Source of the DNA: Hormiphora californensis
Lineage: Eukaryota > Animalia > Ctenophora
Direction: 5' to 3'
Length of the DNA stretch: 64,000 nucleotides
Assembly: GCA_020137815.1 (NCBI GenBank)
Contig: CM035353.1
Coordinates: forward strand, 3,162,001-3,226,000
Below the pieces are notes generated by a model. That model ran no database searches and had not been told where the DNA came from. It worked only from the letters and a program-made list of their open reading frames with translations. This document shows positions 13,471-29,800 of the stretch, piece after piece. The stretch's first letter is position 1, and each line of letters begins with the position of its first letter. A program made the translations under genes and the position numbers.

Positions 13471-14579
13471 CTGGCTAGACGTTTCTGTCAGGTATGGGCA
13501 CCAGCCGTTTATCTTCTCACCCTTGATAGTGAAATATATCTCTTAACAGCTTGTCAATGCTAGTTATTCTGAAGATTTAGGGGATACGTGACTGAGATTG
13601 ACAGAAAGTGACAGAAAGTGAAGAGAGAAACTATAGGGAGGGGTGCGGCACCAAATAATTCGATTTTTAAAGGTCATGCGTCAGAGTAATTATAATGGTT
13701 TTGAAAGTTTTTGTGGACAAGCATAGGGAACGTGAGATAACTAGAGATACAAGGAGAAATGGTTGGAGAGATGAGCTGCTAGGGGTAAGAATTTAAAAAA
13801 GGAAAATGTCAAGTTTGCAAATTGAGTCAGCAATTAATCAATTAAAAACACTTTTTATATACATATCCTAACAGGCTGTACTTTTGTGCTATTTTTGTGC
13901 ATTTAGTTTGGCTCTTTAATTTGCTCTTTAATTTGGCTCTTTGATTTGGCTCTTTGATTTGGCTCTTTATTTAACTCTCTGCCCCGATCTTGTCGCTATT
14001 TGACTTGCTCAATTGTTATAAAACATGTTTTCTATAAGCACGTGTTTTCTAAGTGCACGTGTAACAGCCGTTAGGGATTCACGAGATTCCATCTCTCTCT
14101 CTCTCTCGCTGACTGTGCACAGTGTGCACTGTGCAGTCGTCAACATTGCGACATTGATTTCCCATAGGATCCGAATAATGATTCAATATGTATTAATATA
14201 TTATGAAACTGTGCTGTATTTACTAAGCTGCTTGTGGTGACAATACAATATCAGTTCAACACGGTAAGACCACGCACAAGCGGAGCCAATCAACGCACTA
14301 ATATGATGTGATGACCAAATTCCCTTGTAACAGTTTTTTGACTCACGCTTTACGCAAAGTCCGTATCATTACGGTATCCGCCATTACCGTGTCTGTACTA
14401 CAAGCACCCCTGTTACAGTATATATAACACAGATCCATTGTTTAGATCGACTGAACCAAACCTGCCAGACTAGACTACTGCATGAATTGAGATTGAAAGA
14501 GATATAGATCAGAGCTAGAATATCATGAACAGGCACATTATTATCATTCATTTGTTTTTCCGTTTTTCCCTGCCCGGAT

Positions 14580-14762
14580 GCCTTTTTGCTTTTGCCTTTT
14601 GCTTTTGCCTTTTGCTTTTGCAAAAAGGCATAGCATAGTTGGGCGCTATGGATACATTTTCATCCTGGTCTACTGGAATTCCCGAACGCCTTGAACAAGT
14701 TTTCTCCACGCATCACGTTCCTCCATATGGTTCTTGTTAAGTGCCATTCTCATCTTGGTCTA
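14580..14762 (-). mobile_element. 3' fragment of an RTE-like LINE
   Basis: Minus strand reads ...MALNKNHMEERDAWRKLVQGVREFQ*, an RTE-like C-terminus, followed by a short UTR and a (gcaaaa)n tail. Confidence 0.5.
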
Positions 14763-15287
14763 CCTTTTTTAATTACTCTGCAGTAATTCAATGAGAAACT
14801 AGAAACATTTAACTGGAGAAAGAGAGCGATAGATAGAGGGAAGAGAGAGCGATAGACATAGAGGGAAGAGAGAGCGATAGATAGAGGGAAGAGACAGAGA
14901 GACAGAGGGAACAGACAGAGAGACAGAGAACAAAAGAGATGGAATGGTCAATGGAAAAAGATAAACTATACATCTGCAGCTGTGTGGGACTCATCATGAG
15001 CCGAGAAGACAACATGAACTTTTTAACAGTGTGTATTATTTGCAATATAATATAAACTTCCTCCAGTCCCCATGCACTATATCCCATGAGGTTAATTTGA
15101 TGTACGTCTAATAGCCTTTGGTATTGGTATAGGATATATATTATATATAAGTGAATATGGCCCTTTGTGACCATATAGCACCCGATAGATGCTTTTGGCC
15201 ATGAGGGATTTTTAGCCAAGTGAAATTTAGTACAGGAAAATTTTATATGATCTTAATATCGTAATTTATTATGTCTTAACTCTATTA

Positions 15288-16149
15288 CAGTCGGACCCCG
15301 ATTTAGTGGCATCCTCGGGGGAAAAAAATCCTGCCACTAAATCGGGGTGCCACTAAATCGGGGAGATCCATATTTGTCCCATAAAAACCTATTTTATGCC
15401 CAAAATGCCATACTAAGACTAAAGACACCTCTAACTGATATATGCAATATTCATGTATTGATGACATGATCATTTCTGATTAGAAATAGAAAACTATAAA
15501 ATAATTTTTTCAAAAAAATTGTGAAAAATTTTCTAAGTTATACCAGCCCGTCCGATTTGTGTTTCGAATCGGTGCAGCTTACTGGATGTCCTGTCTAATT
15601 AGCGGGTTCGAAACGAACCGACACGTGATACCATGCCGAATTGGGGCACCCTAAGCGGGTGAGGAAGTATCAAAATTTCAAAATAACTTTTTCTCTCAAA
15701 ATTTATGGGGAGCACCGATCAAAGCATTAACAATCGTACTGTAAAATTTTGCAAAAAAAAAAAATTTAAATTTTTTAAAAGGCATACCAGCCACGTCCGA
15801 ATCATGTTTCGAATCGGTGCATCTTATCGCAATATGTCATGCTGCTAATTAGACGGTTCGGAACGAATCGAAACGTGATCCCCATCGAATCGAAATTTTG
15901 ACGCTTGGTGAACTTGTGATTCAATGGCCCCATGTACATGGGGATCACGTATCGGTTCGCTCCGAACCGTCTAATTAGCAGCAGGACATGCGATAAGATT
16001 CACTGATTCGAAACACGATTCGGACGTGACCTTTGAAAAATTTTCAAAAAAAATTCACAAAAAAAATTCAAAAAATTTTTGGGGGAAAAAATCGTGCCAC
16101 TAAATCGGGGTGCCACTAAATCGGGGGCCACTAAATCGGGGTCCGACTG
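15288..16149. mobile_element. Tc1/mariner-like MITE family with CAGTCGGACCCCGATTTA termini
   Basis: TA|cagtcggaccccgatttag ... ctaaatcggggtccgactg|TA. Related copies at 20927-20994, 27906-28047, 35570-36438, 44503-44674, 55811-55878. Confidence 0.85.
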
Positions 16150-17826
16150 TATATGTATGTTGTTCTGTCATAATATAATCTGCTCTATGAAAGTGTCTTG
16201 TAATTACTCGAGCTGGTCAAATTCGTCTTGTTTGTTATCAGCCTAGGTGATTAATGCCAAGATTACATGATGTAATATTATAAACTATCACGCAGTAACT
16301 ATGTGTACATAGTTTATCTCGTTATAACTTGGTATAACTTTGGTATTTATACCTTCTGGGGAGGTTATTCGACCAGGAACCGACCGAATCAGGAAATACT
16401 GGTCCCTGATTGGCTGATAACCAGTCAATATATATATATAACCAGTGGCAAAATATATATTAAAGGGAAGAAGTGGAAGACAAAGTGGGCAAGTCTCTCT
16501 ATTTTTTCCCTCAGTTGTGTGTTTGTTGATCCCAACAAACCTTTATACCCAACACTGTCGAGATCCTAGTTGCCATGTCTCGCTTTATCTTTAAAATCTC
16601 TCCACGACACCTTATTATTATAATTTCTTATACCACCGGCCTAGATAAATATATTCATTTCTCCAAGATGTGCCTGTCACCTAAAGTTTCTGTATAATAA
16701 CTAGGCCACACACAGTATATAAATGCACACTCCTTTGATCTCTCCCTCAGCTCTATCGGCCAGGCCTTTATAAACAAACCTCCGATTCTACTCAACTTTG
16801 GTTTTATAGTTAGATTACATTTCCACCGCGCCCTTCGATGTATAACTCTGGTTCCTTTCTAAATAGTATCACCGTCCCACACTATAAGCCACCTGTAAAT
16901 CATCTTCCGAAGATCATTCGCCCTATGTTCTACTTTCTTTGGGCAGATCAGTCCTATTTGAAATATTATTATATGTATCCATCTATGTACTTCTCACTCC
17001 TTTTTTCACTATTTCCCAGTTCATTATGAAAATGAGTTATATAGTTACATCATGCTACAATAATATGCTCTGGATATTATTTCTAGAAACATTGCTGCAG
17101 TATAACAGGCATTATATAATATTGCTGCAGCGATGTGTAATATGTTTTTGTATAGTTTACAACAATTACAATACAACAATTGTTCTATTTTTCTGGATAA
17201 TTGTTTTATAAATAACCGCTCCGACCATTGATAAAAGCCCACTACGTGCTGGTGCTCTCACAAAAGGTTTTATTTATGGATAGTCTTAGGTGTGAGCAGG
17301 TTAGTTTAGTTTTTCCCCCGTTATTCTTGAATCTAAATTTGGTTGAGTGTGTCTGTAAACTGCTCTGATAATACTCCTTGAGTGGCAGTTATGCAGCTAA
17401 GCTATGGTTGATAAAAGGCATGATAAAAGTTTGGAAATTGTTATTTTCATATCTTTTTAACTTCTTCTTGTAACTCCACAGAAATGTGGTAAAAAGTTAA
17501 CTCGGACCACTTGCACTAACTACCCGTTTCGGCAAACCCAAATTTGCACATGCTTGTTCAGCTAAACGGCCATTAAGTGGCTTTTGTATGTACTTTCCCT
17601 AAAACCACATTTCCTGTGTGTTGCGTTTTGTCCGGGATGAAATCATTATTGTTTCGCTGAATTTATCTTTGATACTCTCCACATCCAAGACGAGAACTAT
17701 GGCTATGGCTATATTTGAAGACTGTCTTGAACTACAAACATATTGTTTGGGGGAGGGAGGAATAGGATCCGGGTGCTTACCAGCTATGCTGTTAAAATAC
17801 TAACAAACACAATACTCCCCCAAGGC

Positions 17827-19084
17827 ATGACTATTATAACGGCCCGCCAAGCAGGGCTGACCCTAATTGCTATGTGCTCCATGGCTGTCCTGATGAATGC
17901 CGTGATGATAACGATGTTTGTGTTGGAGAAAAAGAAGCGTAAAACATATAAAATGGCGTTTCTTAATCTGGCTATTTCTGATTTGATTCTTGCTATGTAT
18001 GGCGCCATCTTTAAAGGGAGAGGTAATCTGATTAATTTTTATACCCCCGGACCCCCCCCCCCCCTCTGGCCTTAAGTCGCAGTATTGAATGAAATATACG
18101 GAATATGATGACTTAGCTCGGACTGACAATTAGATACTCATATAACAGGCTTTGAATTTCAGATTTTATAACCAGCCCCGAGGAAGATTCATTTTTCTGT
18201 ACGATGGATCCCGTCTTCAGCATCTTTGCGGTGGCTCTCAACTTTGTCAGTTTCCTCCCCATCACCCTGGACCGAGTGGTTGCAGTAATGGGACCAATCA
18301 GGTATACTTGCAGTAATTAGTAATGTGATCCAATAATATCCAGCGAGTCTAACTAGTCCAATCAACACATGAAATATGATCCATTATACATCATATTGTC
18401 ATGTAAACTCCAACCTTGTATTGCAGGTATCGACGACCCTCCCACCGGCACACCATAGCCGCCAGTATTATCTTCTGTTGGACCACTGCCGTGGCGGTCA
18501 CCGCAGTCTACATGTTACTAGCCTACACCAACAGGTCCACTATCACCATGCTAAACCCCGTCACGCAGCAGTGCTGGTTTGATGTGGTGGATGACACAAA
18601 GGAGACAATGACAATGGTCATTAAGATATTGTTCATGGTGATACCACTGATACTTAACATTGTGGCTTATCTTGGCATCGTCTTCAGACTTCTTATCCGG
18701 TCTAGGTCCGCGGAATGCCGGTTAATCTTCACCAAAGCGGTGTTGATTTGTATTTTCTTCACTCTCAGTTGGCTACCAATGTTCATATTGGAAACGTTCT
18801 TCAATCATAAGATCCCCACAAATAGGGAGATACTAATTATCTGCATTGTTCTCCTCTATCTGAACTGTCTGACTGATCCAGTCCTATACTTCATATCAAA
18901 CTGTATATTCCGACTGTGTTTCCGACTTGGCAGGGGCAGGAGGAGGCCACACGGAGGAGGAGGGTTTGAAGGAACATCGGTGGTAGAAAGAAAGAATGAC
19001 CAATCAGCGGTTAAAACTGGAGGAAGTACAGGAGTTGAGATGAACATACAATTTAGTAACAATTTAGCAAACTCAACAATGTAG
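17827..19084 (+). CDS. Rhodopsin-class orphan GPCR 2 (3 coding exons)
   Basis: Exons 17827-18022, 18163-18301, 18427-19084, all GT-AG and in frame. TM1 'LMNAV', TM2 'NLAISD', TM3 Cys and 'LDRVVAV..PIRY', TM6 'SWLP', TM7 'NCLTDPVLY'. An extra upstream exon cannot be excluded. Confidence 0.92.
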
Positions 19085-19187
19085 TATAATTATAGTGAAT
19101 CTTGAATCTTGAATCTTGAATCTAGTGATATTCGCAAGAATCAATTTCTTCGTGGGACATTGTGACTTGTGAGACGGCGTAAATGCT

Positions 19188-19255
<68 letters not shown>

Positions 19256-19272
19256 GATAGAGAGAAGGAGAA

Positions 19273-19325
<53 letters not shown>

Positions 19326-19347
19326 AGAAGGAGAGAGAGAAGGAGAA

Positions 19348-19406
<59 letters not shown>

Positions 19407-20693
19407 AAGAAAGAGAGAGTACATATATGTCGGTTATGTTTCTGTTTTTATCTTGACTCACTATTATATTATGTTCGTCTAAAAATGCCTTGCTTGATCG
19501 TAAGCTTACAAACCAGAAACATACATGTCAATTTTTCCGCCCAAATGTAATTTCAGGTGGACTACCAATCACCATTTTGCAAATTTGCTAAATTATATAT
19601 AGTGGTATTCCTTTTACTATCACTGGTATAATATTCTCCCATTTTCCAATCTTTCTTTCTCTCTACCTTCTCCGTGCATCAGGTGAAACAAACAAAATTG
19701 GGGGGTAGGGTGTGTCAGGAGCCCCTCAAAATTTAAAAATGGCCTACCTTTTTTCTGGTGGTGACAAATGGCCTAAAAAGCAACTCTGCAAATTTTTTTT
19801 GAAATCGAACTTAATTAAGCTTAGCAGCAACATGACTTAATTTTTAAGGCTTATTTAATGCGTGTGTGCCAGGCACATCCAATTACAGTGACTTCCGGGA
19901 CCCTTTGATGGTCGAAAACACTACTAGCCGATCCGGAATGACCATGTTTATATAGGACTTATGAAGCAACATATAGCCTAAAATGCTTATTTTTGGCGCT
20001 ACGGGCGATTTTCTGTTTTGGGCAAAATATGACTGTTTTGAATGGATATTGTGCCCAAACATAAAATCACCCGTAGCGCCAAAAATAAGCCAGATCAATC
20101 CCGGATTTTAGGGTTTGGGTTTTTTTGGCCCTACTTTTTTGGTCATTTTGGCATGTAATTCTAACATTGTATGGTCTGTATGATATTAAAAGCACTTTAA
20201 AATGGCTTCTTTGATCAAGTTTAACCATTTTACCCAACTTTAACAAATGTACACCACTTGCCATATCTCAATTATTCTCACTATAGCAACTGCAATCTGG
20301 GGGGGGGGGGGGGGTCCAGCCCTAAAAAAGCTAAGCCATCGGCCTAAATTAGGGTACCTTTAGCTTTATTTTAGCTTTTTTAGCTAGCCGTGTAAAACCT
20401 CATAAGACCTAGTAGGGTTGTGCCAAAACCGTTATTTTGTAGCATGAACAGATCAAATTAATCTCCCTCTCCAGACCTACACAGTGGTGTATAGCAGTAA
20501 TCTGATCTCCTTGTCTCACTATAAGATCCTCGCACTACAATATGATTCATATCCCCAAGCCTTGCCTTGGTCCTGTTTATTACGATTACTGCATGCGTTG
20601 TAGGCGTGTTCAAGAGCGTATGAATTACTTTTAATACCCAGTGATTTGTGATTGGCATACAGTTGGCAAAGAGAGAGGGGAGATAGAGAGAGA

Positions 20694-20789
<96 letters not shown>

Positions 20790-21182
20790 AGAAAAAATGA
20801 GTCAATTTTTAAACACCATCTTTATTACGTTACGATTCGTCGCTCGAAAGATTGTATTCTGAGTCTGGCAAGCCTTGCTCGAAGAAAATCTAATGCCAAA
20901 CATTGTTCCTAACGTAATACACTGTACAGTCGAACCCGGATGTACGGGGATGCTCGGGGGAAGTTTATCCTCCCGTTAAATCGGGGTTCGACTGTATCCA
21001 CAAACTTAACTGTTATTATTTCTTCTTCTATTTCTATATATTATCATGTATAAGAGTGCCAAAAGTAGTTTTTGGCTGACTCAAGACGTGTAACTATGGT
21101 TAGAAGGGAGGTGAGAAAACGTTCTAGTGCACCAGGTGTGAAACAGATATATATGCACTCTCTCTCTCTCTCCCTTTTTTTT

Positions 21183-21217
<35 letters not shown>

Positions 21218-21436
21218 CCTCTCTCTCTCTCTCTCTTCTCTCTCTCTTCTCTCCTAACAGTATTTACATCCAACGGTTTCTCGTCATAGCCCCTGAATTC
21301 AGTGATTGTGTGTGTATGCGTGCACCATGTCCTAGCTCCTCGTCTTAAAACCTTGCCTTGCTCATTTCTTATATAAGTTAATCAAACAAAACATTATACA
21401 AAACATTACGCCCATTATACAAACCCGGGTTTATGT

Positions 21437-22928
<1,492 letters not shown>

Positions 22929-23101
22929 GGTTTATGCTATGAAGCGGGTCACCCGGTAGGGTGATTCGCTACACTGTATGCCTATAAGACCGATCATAAT
23001 GCGATACATGCTACACTATCATCGAGAGCCGTGATATGAATCAGTAACGTGTGTAAACACGACATTCTTTCTGGGACAACCTAATATATAGGTTCTCTTT
23101 T

Positions 23102-23260
<159 letters not shown>

Positions 23261-23909
23261 AGATGCAGAGCAAATACCCCAGGGTGCTGATCAGCACCAT
23301 CACACATGAACGACCAAACAAGTGAAACAACCTATCAACTCGTTATTTAGGTGCAGTGAAGACTGTTGATCTAGCCACATCCTATAGGGGGACCAGTATA
23401 ATTATCAGCACCATCGATTATCAACAGGTCATTTGTAGTAAGTTAGCTCGAGTTGGACCATGTTTTTCCCCCCGCCAATCTACTATTTATGTGGGAAGGT
23501 TGAGGTACGAGAGATTGTGAATCATAAATTTAAAATGATCGGAGAAGAAAGAGAAGGAGAGAGAGGAGAGAGAGGTGGAGAGAGAGGAGAAGGGGGAGGA
23601 AGAGAAGAGAGAGAGAGAGATTGAGTTTTTTTAAGAGAGAAGAAGAAAGGAGCTAGGAGGAATAGAGGGGAGCGAGAGAGAGAGAGAAGATGCAGAGAAG
23701 AGAGAGGATAGAGAGAGACGAGAAAAGAGACGAGAGAGAGAAGGACGAGTAAGAGGGGAGAAGAGAGATAGAGAGAGGGTGGGTGGGGGTGCGTTGCAAG
23801 CATATGTTATAACCATTCCTGCTTGACTAGAATTCGAAAGTAATCTCTTTTTGTGAATAACTTGACAGGATTCATCTTAGAGCCTCAGAACTCAGATATG
23901 TTTTATCTG

Positions 23910-25257
23910 TTAAACGCATAACAATTAACGGGATGCGATCAAAGGCACCGGCGCACTTGAGGGGCCCACCCAAAAGACTTCACCGGGTTTTTAGGCCATA
24001 CAAATGGACCTCAAATATGAAATTTTAGCCCAAAAGGGCAAATTTCATAGGGGGCACAGCCATTTTCAAAGGCTTTTTTTTTTTTCAATTTTTGGTGGAA
24101 TTTTTAACCTCAGGACCACTTTTTTTGAGATAGAAACATTAAATTCTTGGAATTTGAAGAGAATATAAAGGTTAATAAGCCCAAAGAAGGATTTTTGAAA
24201 TGGAGCTTACTTCTGGCCATGAGAACGGTTTACTTTTTTGCTTCTTTGACACGCTGGCTGAGAATGTTCCCATGCTTCATTAGAGCTGAAATCTGGAAAT
24301 AGTTGCTCAAAACGATATCTATGTGGCCCAAAAATTTTGGAACTTTCCCGCCAAAGATGTGGCGTACAGAGCTTGTTTGTGAAACCCATCTTTTTTGAAA
24401 AAGAGGGAAATTCCCTGTATCTCAAAAACGGATGATCGTAGAGACCTGCGACCAAGCTTAATCGATTCAGAAGGTCCGATTTTGGGGGGGTCTTCTGAGA
24501 GACATTTTGCTCCTACTCCAACCGTTTTTGCTGTAATTGCAAAAAACCAATTCTATGAAAAGGGGGAACAACTCTATTCCAGTAGCCTGCTTCGGGCTGA
24601 TTTCCCCCTTACTTGCTGATACCTTTTTCGCAATTACAGCAAAAACGGTTGGAGTAGGAGCAAAATGTCTCTCAGAAGACCCCCCCAAAATCGGACCTTC
24701 TGAATCGATTAAGCTTGGTCGCAGGTCTCTACGATCATCCGTTTTTGAGATACAGGGAATTTCCCTCTTTTTCAAAAAGATGGGTTTCACAAAACAAGCT
24801 CTGTACGCCACATCTTTGGCGGGAAAGTTCCAAAATTTTTGGGCCACATAGATAATCGTTTTGAGCAACTATTTCCAGATTTTCAGCTCTAATGAAGCAT
24901 GGGAACATTCTCAGCCAGCGTGTCAAAGAAGCAAAAAAGTAAACCGTTCTCATGGCCAGAAATAAGCTCCATTTCAAAAATCCTTCTTTGGGCTTATTCA
25001 CCTTTATATTCTCTTCAAATTCCAAGAATTTAATGTTTCTATCTCAAAAAAAGTGGTCCTGAGGTTAAAAATTCCACCAAAAATTGAAAAAACGCCACTT
25101 TGAAAATAGGCTGTAGCAAAAATATGAATTCGACTTTAGGGCTAAAATTGCATATTTGAGGTCCATTTTGTATGGCCTAAACCCTGGTGAAGTCATTTGG
25201 TTGGGCACTCGATGATGAAAAACGCCAGGTGTACCCTTAAATTATTATGCGTTTAAG
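23910..25257. mobile_element. ~1.35-kb foldback element with TTAA-type ends (Kolobok-like)
   Basis: Near-identical inverted arms ~24085-24545 / ~24625-25090, extending with divergence to the TTAA ends. Confidence 0.8.
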
Positions 25258-26744
25258 CTCACGCAGGTTCATAACATAACAATTCAGTAAGATATATATT
25301 ATGGAGCTAGTAAAATCAATTTAATTTTAATTAAATTGATTTTACTAGCTGCATAATATATATACTTCTTACTGATGATGTATTTGATTTAGTGAAATAA
25401 TTTTTCTCTTGAAAAAATCGCTCCTTTTTTGTTCCTTTGTGCAGCTTGGGTACAGTGTCCCCTCTCTTCTTGGGAGCGCGCGAGACAACATGAGAGAGAG
25501 ACAGCGCAGGACGATAGAAGAAAGAGGGGATACCATACCCAATTGTGCAGCTAGTACTAGTGAAATAAATTTGTGTCAGCCTATTCTTGTCCCCAGAAAA
25601 TGAACGTGTCTGATCAGTACCGCACAAGCCCATTATATACGATAATAGGGGTAGGGGGTAACCAATCTCAGCAGTCAGCGTATATACAATGAAGCAAGAA
25701 TATATTAGAGCGTTTCAGAAATAACTTCGTGTCCCGATATCTCCAAAAGTATAAAATATATCTACACGAAACCTTTTCTAGCATGTTATTTGAACTCTTG
25801 ACTACACACAACAATGGTCATTTTGAAAAATTTGATCAGGTGTGGCTATGGACGAACCCGGAAATGTAAGTTACTCAAATTGCCGCTGCACGGGGAAAAC
25901 GTGCATAGTACTGAAAGTTGAAACTGCTGTTCTTCTCAAAAGTTGGTTCTAAGGGATATCTTATTGCATTAAAATACTTGTTCATTAGACAATTCTATTT
26001 TGTTTAAGATGTAATAAAAGGTCCTAGCTTCATTCGTTGCTGAGCAATGGGCCTTTGAAAAATGTTGGCAAAATTTTGAAATATTCACTTCCGGGTCTCA
26101 CTGAAACATGTCAAAATGATCATTTCCCTTCAAATTTCAAGACAAGTTTTGTGGCGATTTGTTGCGTAACACGACGTGGCGATGGAGCATCAACATCTAA
26201 CTGTCATTTCTCTCACTTTGCATCAAGCATTATTTATCAGCCCTATTTACCAGCTGCTAGTGTCTCAATGAGCCTTTCTACAGTTCATTTAAATAATAAA
26301 TTGAAAAAGAATATCAATTTTTGACCAAAGTTTGGGAACAATAAATGAGTTTAGTGGCCAATTTTTAAAAACACTCAACCCCATAAATGGCAATATATAT
26401 CACCTCCAATTGATTCTAGAATTTCTAACCTATTTTATCTTAAATGATAGAGAATATAGGAGAGGCTTGGTTTACTTCCTCCCGTGCACTGTGATGGTTA
26501 ACTTGATAGTGTAGCGTGTATCGCATTATGATATTATGTCTTTGTTATATCAAGATATTGGTTGAAAGGCCCAGCTGTAGTGGTCTGATTAAATCGCTAC
26601 TATATAAGTCTTGTCTTTGACTACACATTTTTCACTGCTTAGCTGGAGATCTGTATGGTACGTGACCGTCAAGTCTCCTGAAGCTTTAGTTCATTTAAAC
26701 AGTGCCATCAGTGTACAGCTTGTACAGTTTCACCGACAATAACG

Positions 26745-26875
26745 CTCATTTCCATTCAGCTTCTTTTCTAGTATTTTCAGTCAGCTTCTTTTCTAGTATT
26801 TCCAGTCAGCTTCTTTTCTAGTATTTCCAGTCAGCTTGTTCAATATTTTCTGTTATTTCCAGTCAGATCTTCTTT
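26745..26875 (+). repeat. 25-bp pyrimidine-rich tandem repeat upstream of the GPCR3 start
   Basis: tttccagtcagcttcttttctagta, about 4-5 copies. Confidence 0.8.
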
Positions 26876-26888
26876 TCGACCAGATATT

Positions 26889-29800
26889 ATGGCAGCAGCA
26901 GCAGTGGAGACGGTGGTCGGAGAGACTCAGCTTGTTCGCGATGAGATTAGCAGGGTAATAGGACTAACTCAAATTGTGCTAATGACACTTGGGATGGTCA
27001 TCAATATTGTCATTATAATTTGGTTTGCAGGTAAATAAATCAGTAGCTAGACAACTGGCAATTATGATTCAATGTTTTTGATTGCGCCTTTATTATTATA
27101 AGTGTTAGCTCTCCCTTGCCTTGCTTGATCATATATTTCAACATTTTCCGTAGTGACTAAAAAGTACAGAAAGAGTTACCATTTGGCGTATCTGAATCTG
27201 GCCGTTAGTGATACACTTATCGGTTTCAACGGTGCCCTCTTTGTTGGAAGAGGTTGGTGTTTACGGAGGGGTGATATTTGCTGGAGTTTTATAGATATAG
27301 AGATGGAGAAAGAGGTAGGGAGGGAGAGAGAGAGAGAGAGAGAGAAACAAAACGAGAGAAAGAGAGAGATATCTCACTATGATCATCACCCCCTGCAGCT
27401 ACTGCGTACGGTGTGGACGAATCCCTGGCCTGCTACATCCTAGGTATGTTATATATAATATGTTCCTAACCCCCTTCTAACCCCCTTATCATATAACAGG
27501 TACAATTGTCGGATCCATTTTGTTGTCAGCTAACTTTGCAGCAGTAGTACCAATTGCATACGATCGTCTTGTGGCCGTCATATTTCCAATCAGGTGAGGT
27601 GACTGGTGAGGTGAGGTGAAGCGATGTGAGGTGACTGGTGAGGTGACTGGTGAGGTGAGGTGAAGCGATGTGAGGTGACTGGTGAGGTGACTGGTGAGGT
27701 GAGGTGAAGCGATGTGAGGTGACTGGTGAGTGGTGACTGGTGTGAGGTGAGGTGACTGGTGTGAAGCGAGGTGAGGTGACTGGTGTGAGGTGACTGGTGA
27801 GTGGTGACTGGTGAAGCGATGTGAGGTGACTGGTGAGTGGTGTCTGGTGACTGGTGACTGGTGAGGTGAAGCGATGTGAGGTGAATGGTGAGGTGAATGA
27901 TTATACAGTTGGACCCCGATTTACCGGAACCCCGATCTTTACCGGGAGGAAAAACTTCCCCCGATTTAGTAAATTAACGGTGTATCACCCCGATTTACCG
28001 GGCAAAACCCTTTCCCCCGAGCATCCCGGTAAATCGGGGTCCGACTGTGATCTATACTTGGTAACGAAGTTACCCCTCCCTTGCCGGCGCGGCGTGCGAA
28101 GCACGCCAAACGAAGGCCGCGAAGCGGCCTGAGTAGGGGTAACAAACCCGCTTTGATTCACTTCAAAAATTAATAGCTCCTCAACCACTCAATGAAAATG
28201 CACCAAATTTTGGTATTCCCCACCAAATTGTCTGAAAATTATAATTCTGTACTCATATTTAAAAAATTATCCCCGGAACCTTGGTTTTGAAATCAGTTTT
28301 AGGTGTTAATGATGAAAAAAAATTTTGAAAAAGTAGGTCAGGTATGCTTAACATCATATCAAAGATCGTGGCAAAGTTTGAAGTTTCTATCTTGAAAGGT
28401 CTGGCCATCAAAATTAAAAAGGTCTTGAAGTTGAACCATTTGTACAAAACATGTTGTAACTCAGCTTCTACTTTGCCAAATTAAACCTGGTTTGCCCCCC
28501 TTATCCTCCCTTATTTGACGTTGCATGTTAAGGGGAGGAGGCACATAGGTCCGACGCTGAGTAATGACAGGAACACCTGGGGGTGGTTAACCACGATAGT
28601 CCTAACAAGACTGGCTGTATTTTATGTACGGTGGCAAACGTGGGCTAGAGTGTGTGGAACCACAGTATATGCACCATTCTGCCTTCTATAGGCTCAGTGG
28701 GTCAGAACTGTGTCAAATCATCCTCAATCACGTACTTCCCTACAGAAGGTTCCCATATACCTTTCTGCAAGGCTTGATTGAATATATTGTGGCAAAATGC
28801 TAGTGATCGCCACCAAGGGGTCACTACGGTCACCAGATGCTGTTTGAAATCTCTGCTAGTGTAGGGTCGGTATTGCACCGTTTTGTTTAATCTTATATGA
28901 TATTTAACGTATACCAGTAAAGGTTCAAAATCCGGCAGCTAGAGGCTAGCAACCTCTACTGTTGTATATCAATTGCTAAAGAAACGTCGAAAAGTAAATC
29001 TCGCTCCGAAAGGAAAGGTCGATCTCGGGCGACAAGAGCCGGTGAGCTCAGCATGACGGGCGCAGGGCAAAGCCGCGAGGACCCCTGCGTGCAGACGGGG
29101 ACAAAGAGATCGTCTCATTGTAACCGAGTTATTAGCTGTGCTATCACCGAAGTGAGCCCCGATTTATCTAAACAGAATCCGTACAACCTTGTAAAATACA
29201 GTTTTAAAATATCAACTTGGAATGTGCTCTCTCTGGAGAGTAGCTCATCGAAATTGTACGAACTAGCGAGGGTGACATCAGAGTATGGAACTGACGTTAT
29301 GACCTTGACAGAAACTCACCGGCCTGGAACTGGTGTGGTAGTGTTGGAGAACGGGAATTTGTTCATTAACTCGGGGAGAATGGATGGGATTCGGAGACAG
29401 GGTGTAGGAGTTGTCTTGTCTAAGAGGGTTAAGAACTCATTGATCTCATATACCCCTGTATCTGAGCGGGTGATGTGGCTGAGGCTCCACTCTAAACAGG
29501 TCAATGTGTCTGTTGTGGTGGCATATGCCCCTACCGAGGATGCGGAGGACAGTGTGAAGGATGGGTTTTACAATGAGGTAACTGGGGTATTGGATGGACT
29601 GCCGGGGCAAGATGTTGTATTCCTCACTGGGGACTTCAATGCTAGGGTAGGGAGTGACAGTGAATCAGTGTCCGGGGTTGTCGGGAAACACTCTTTACAC
29701 GCGGTTTCTAACAACAACGGGAAGCGTCTTGTTGACCTCTGTACACTGTATGGGCTGGTTATCGGTGGCTCCCTTTTTGAGCATCTTAATATTCATAAGG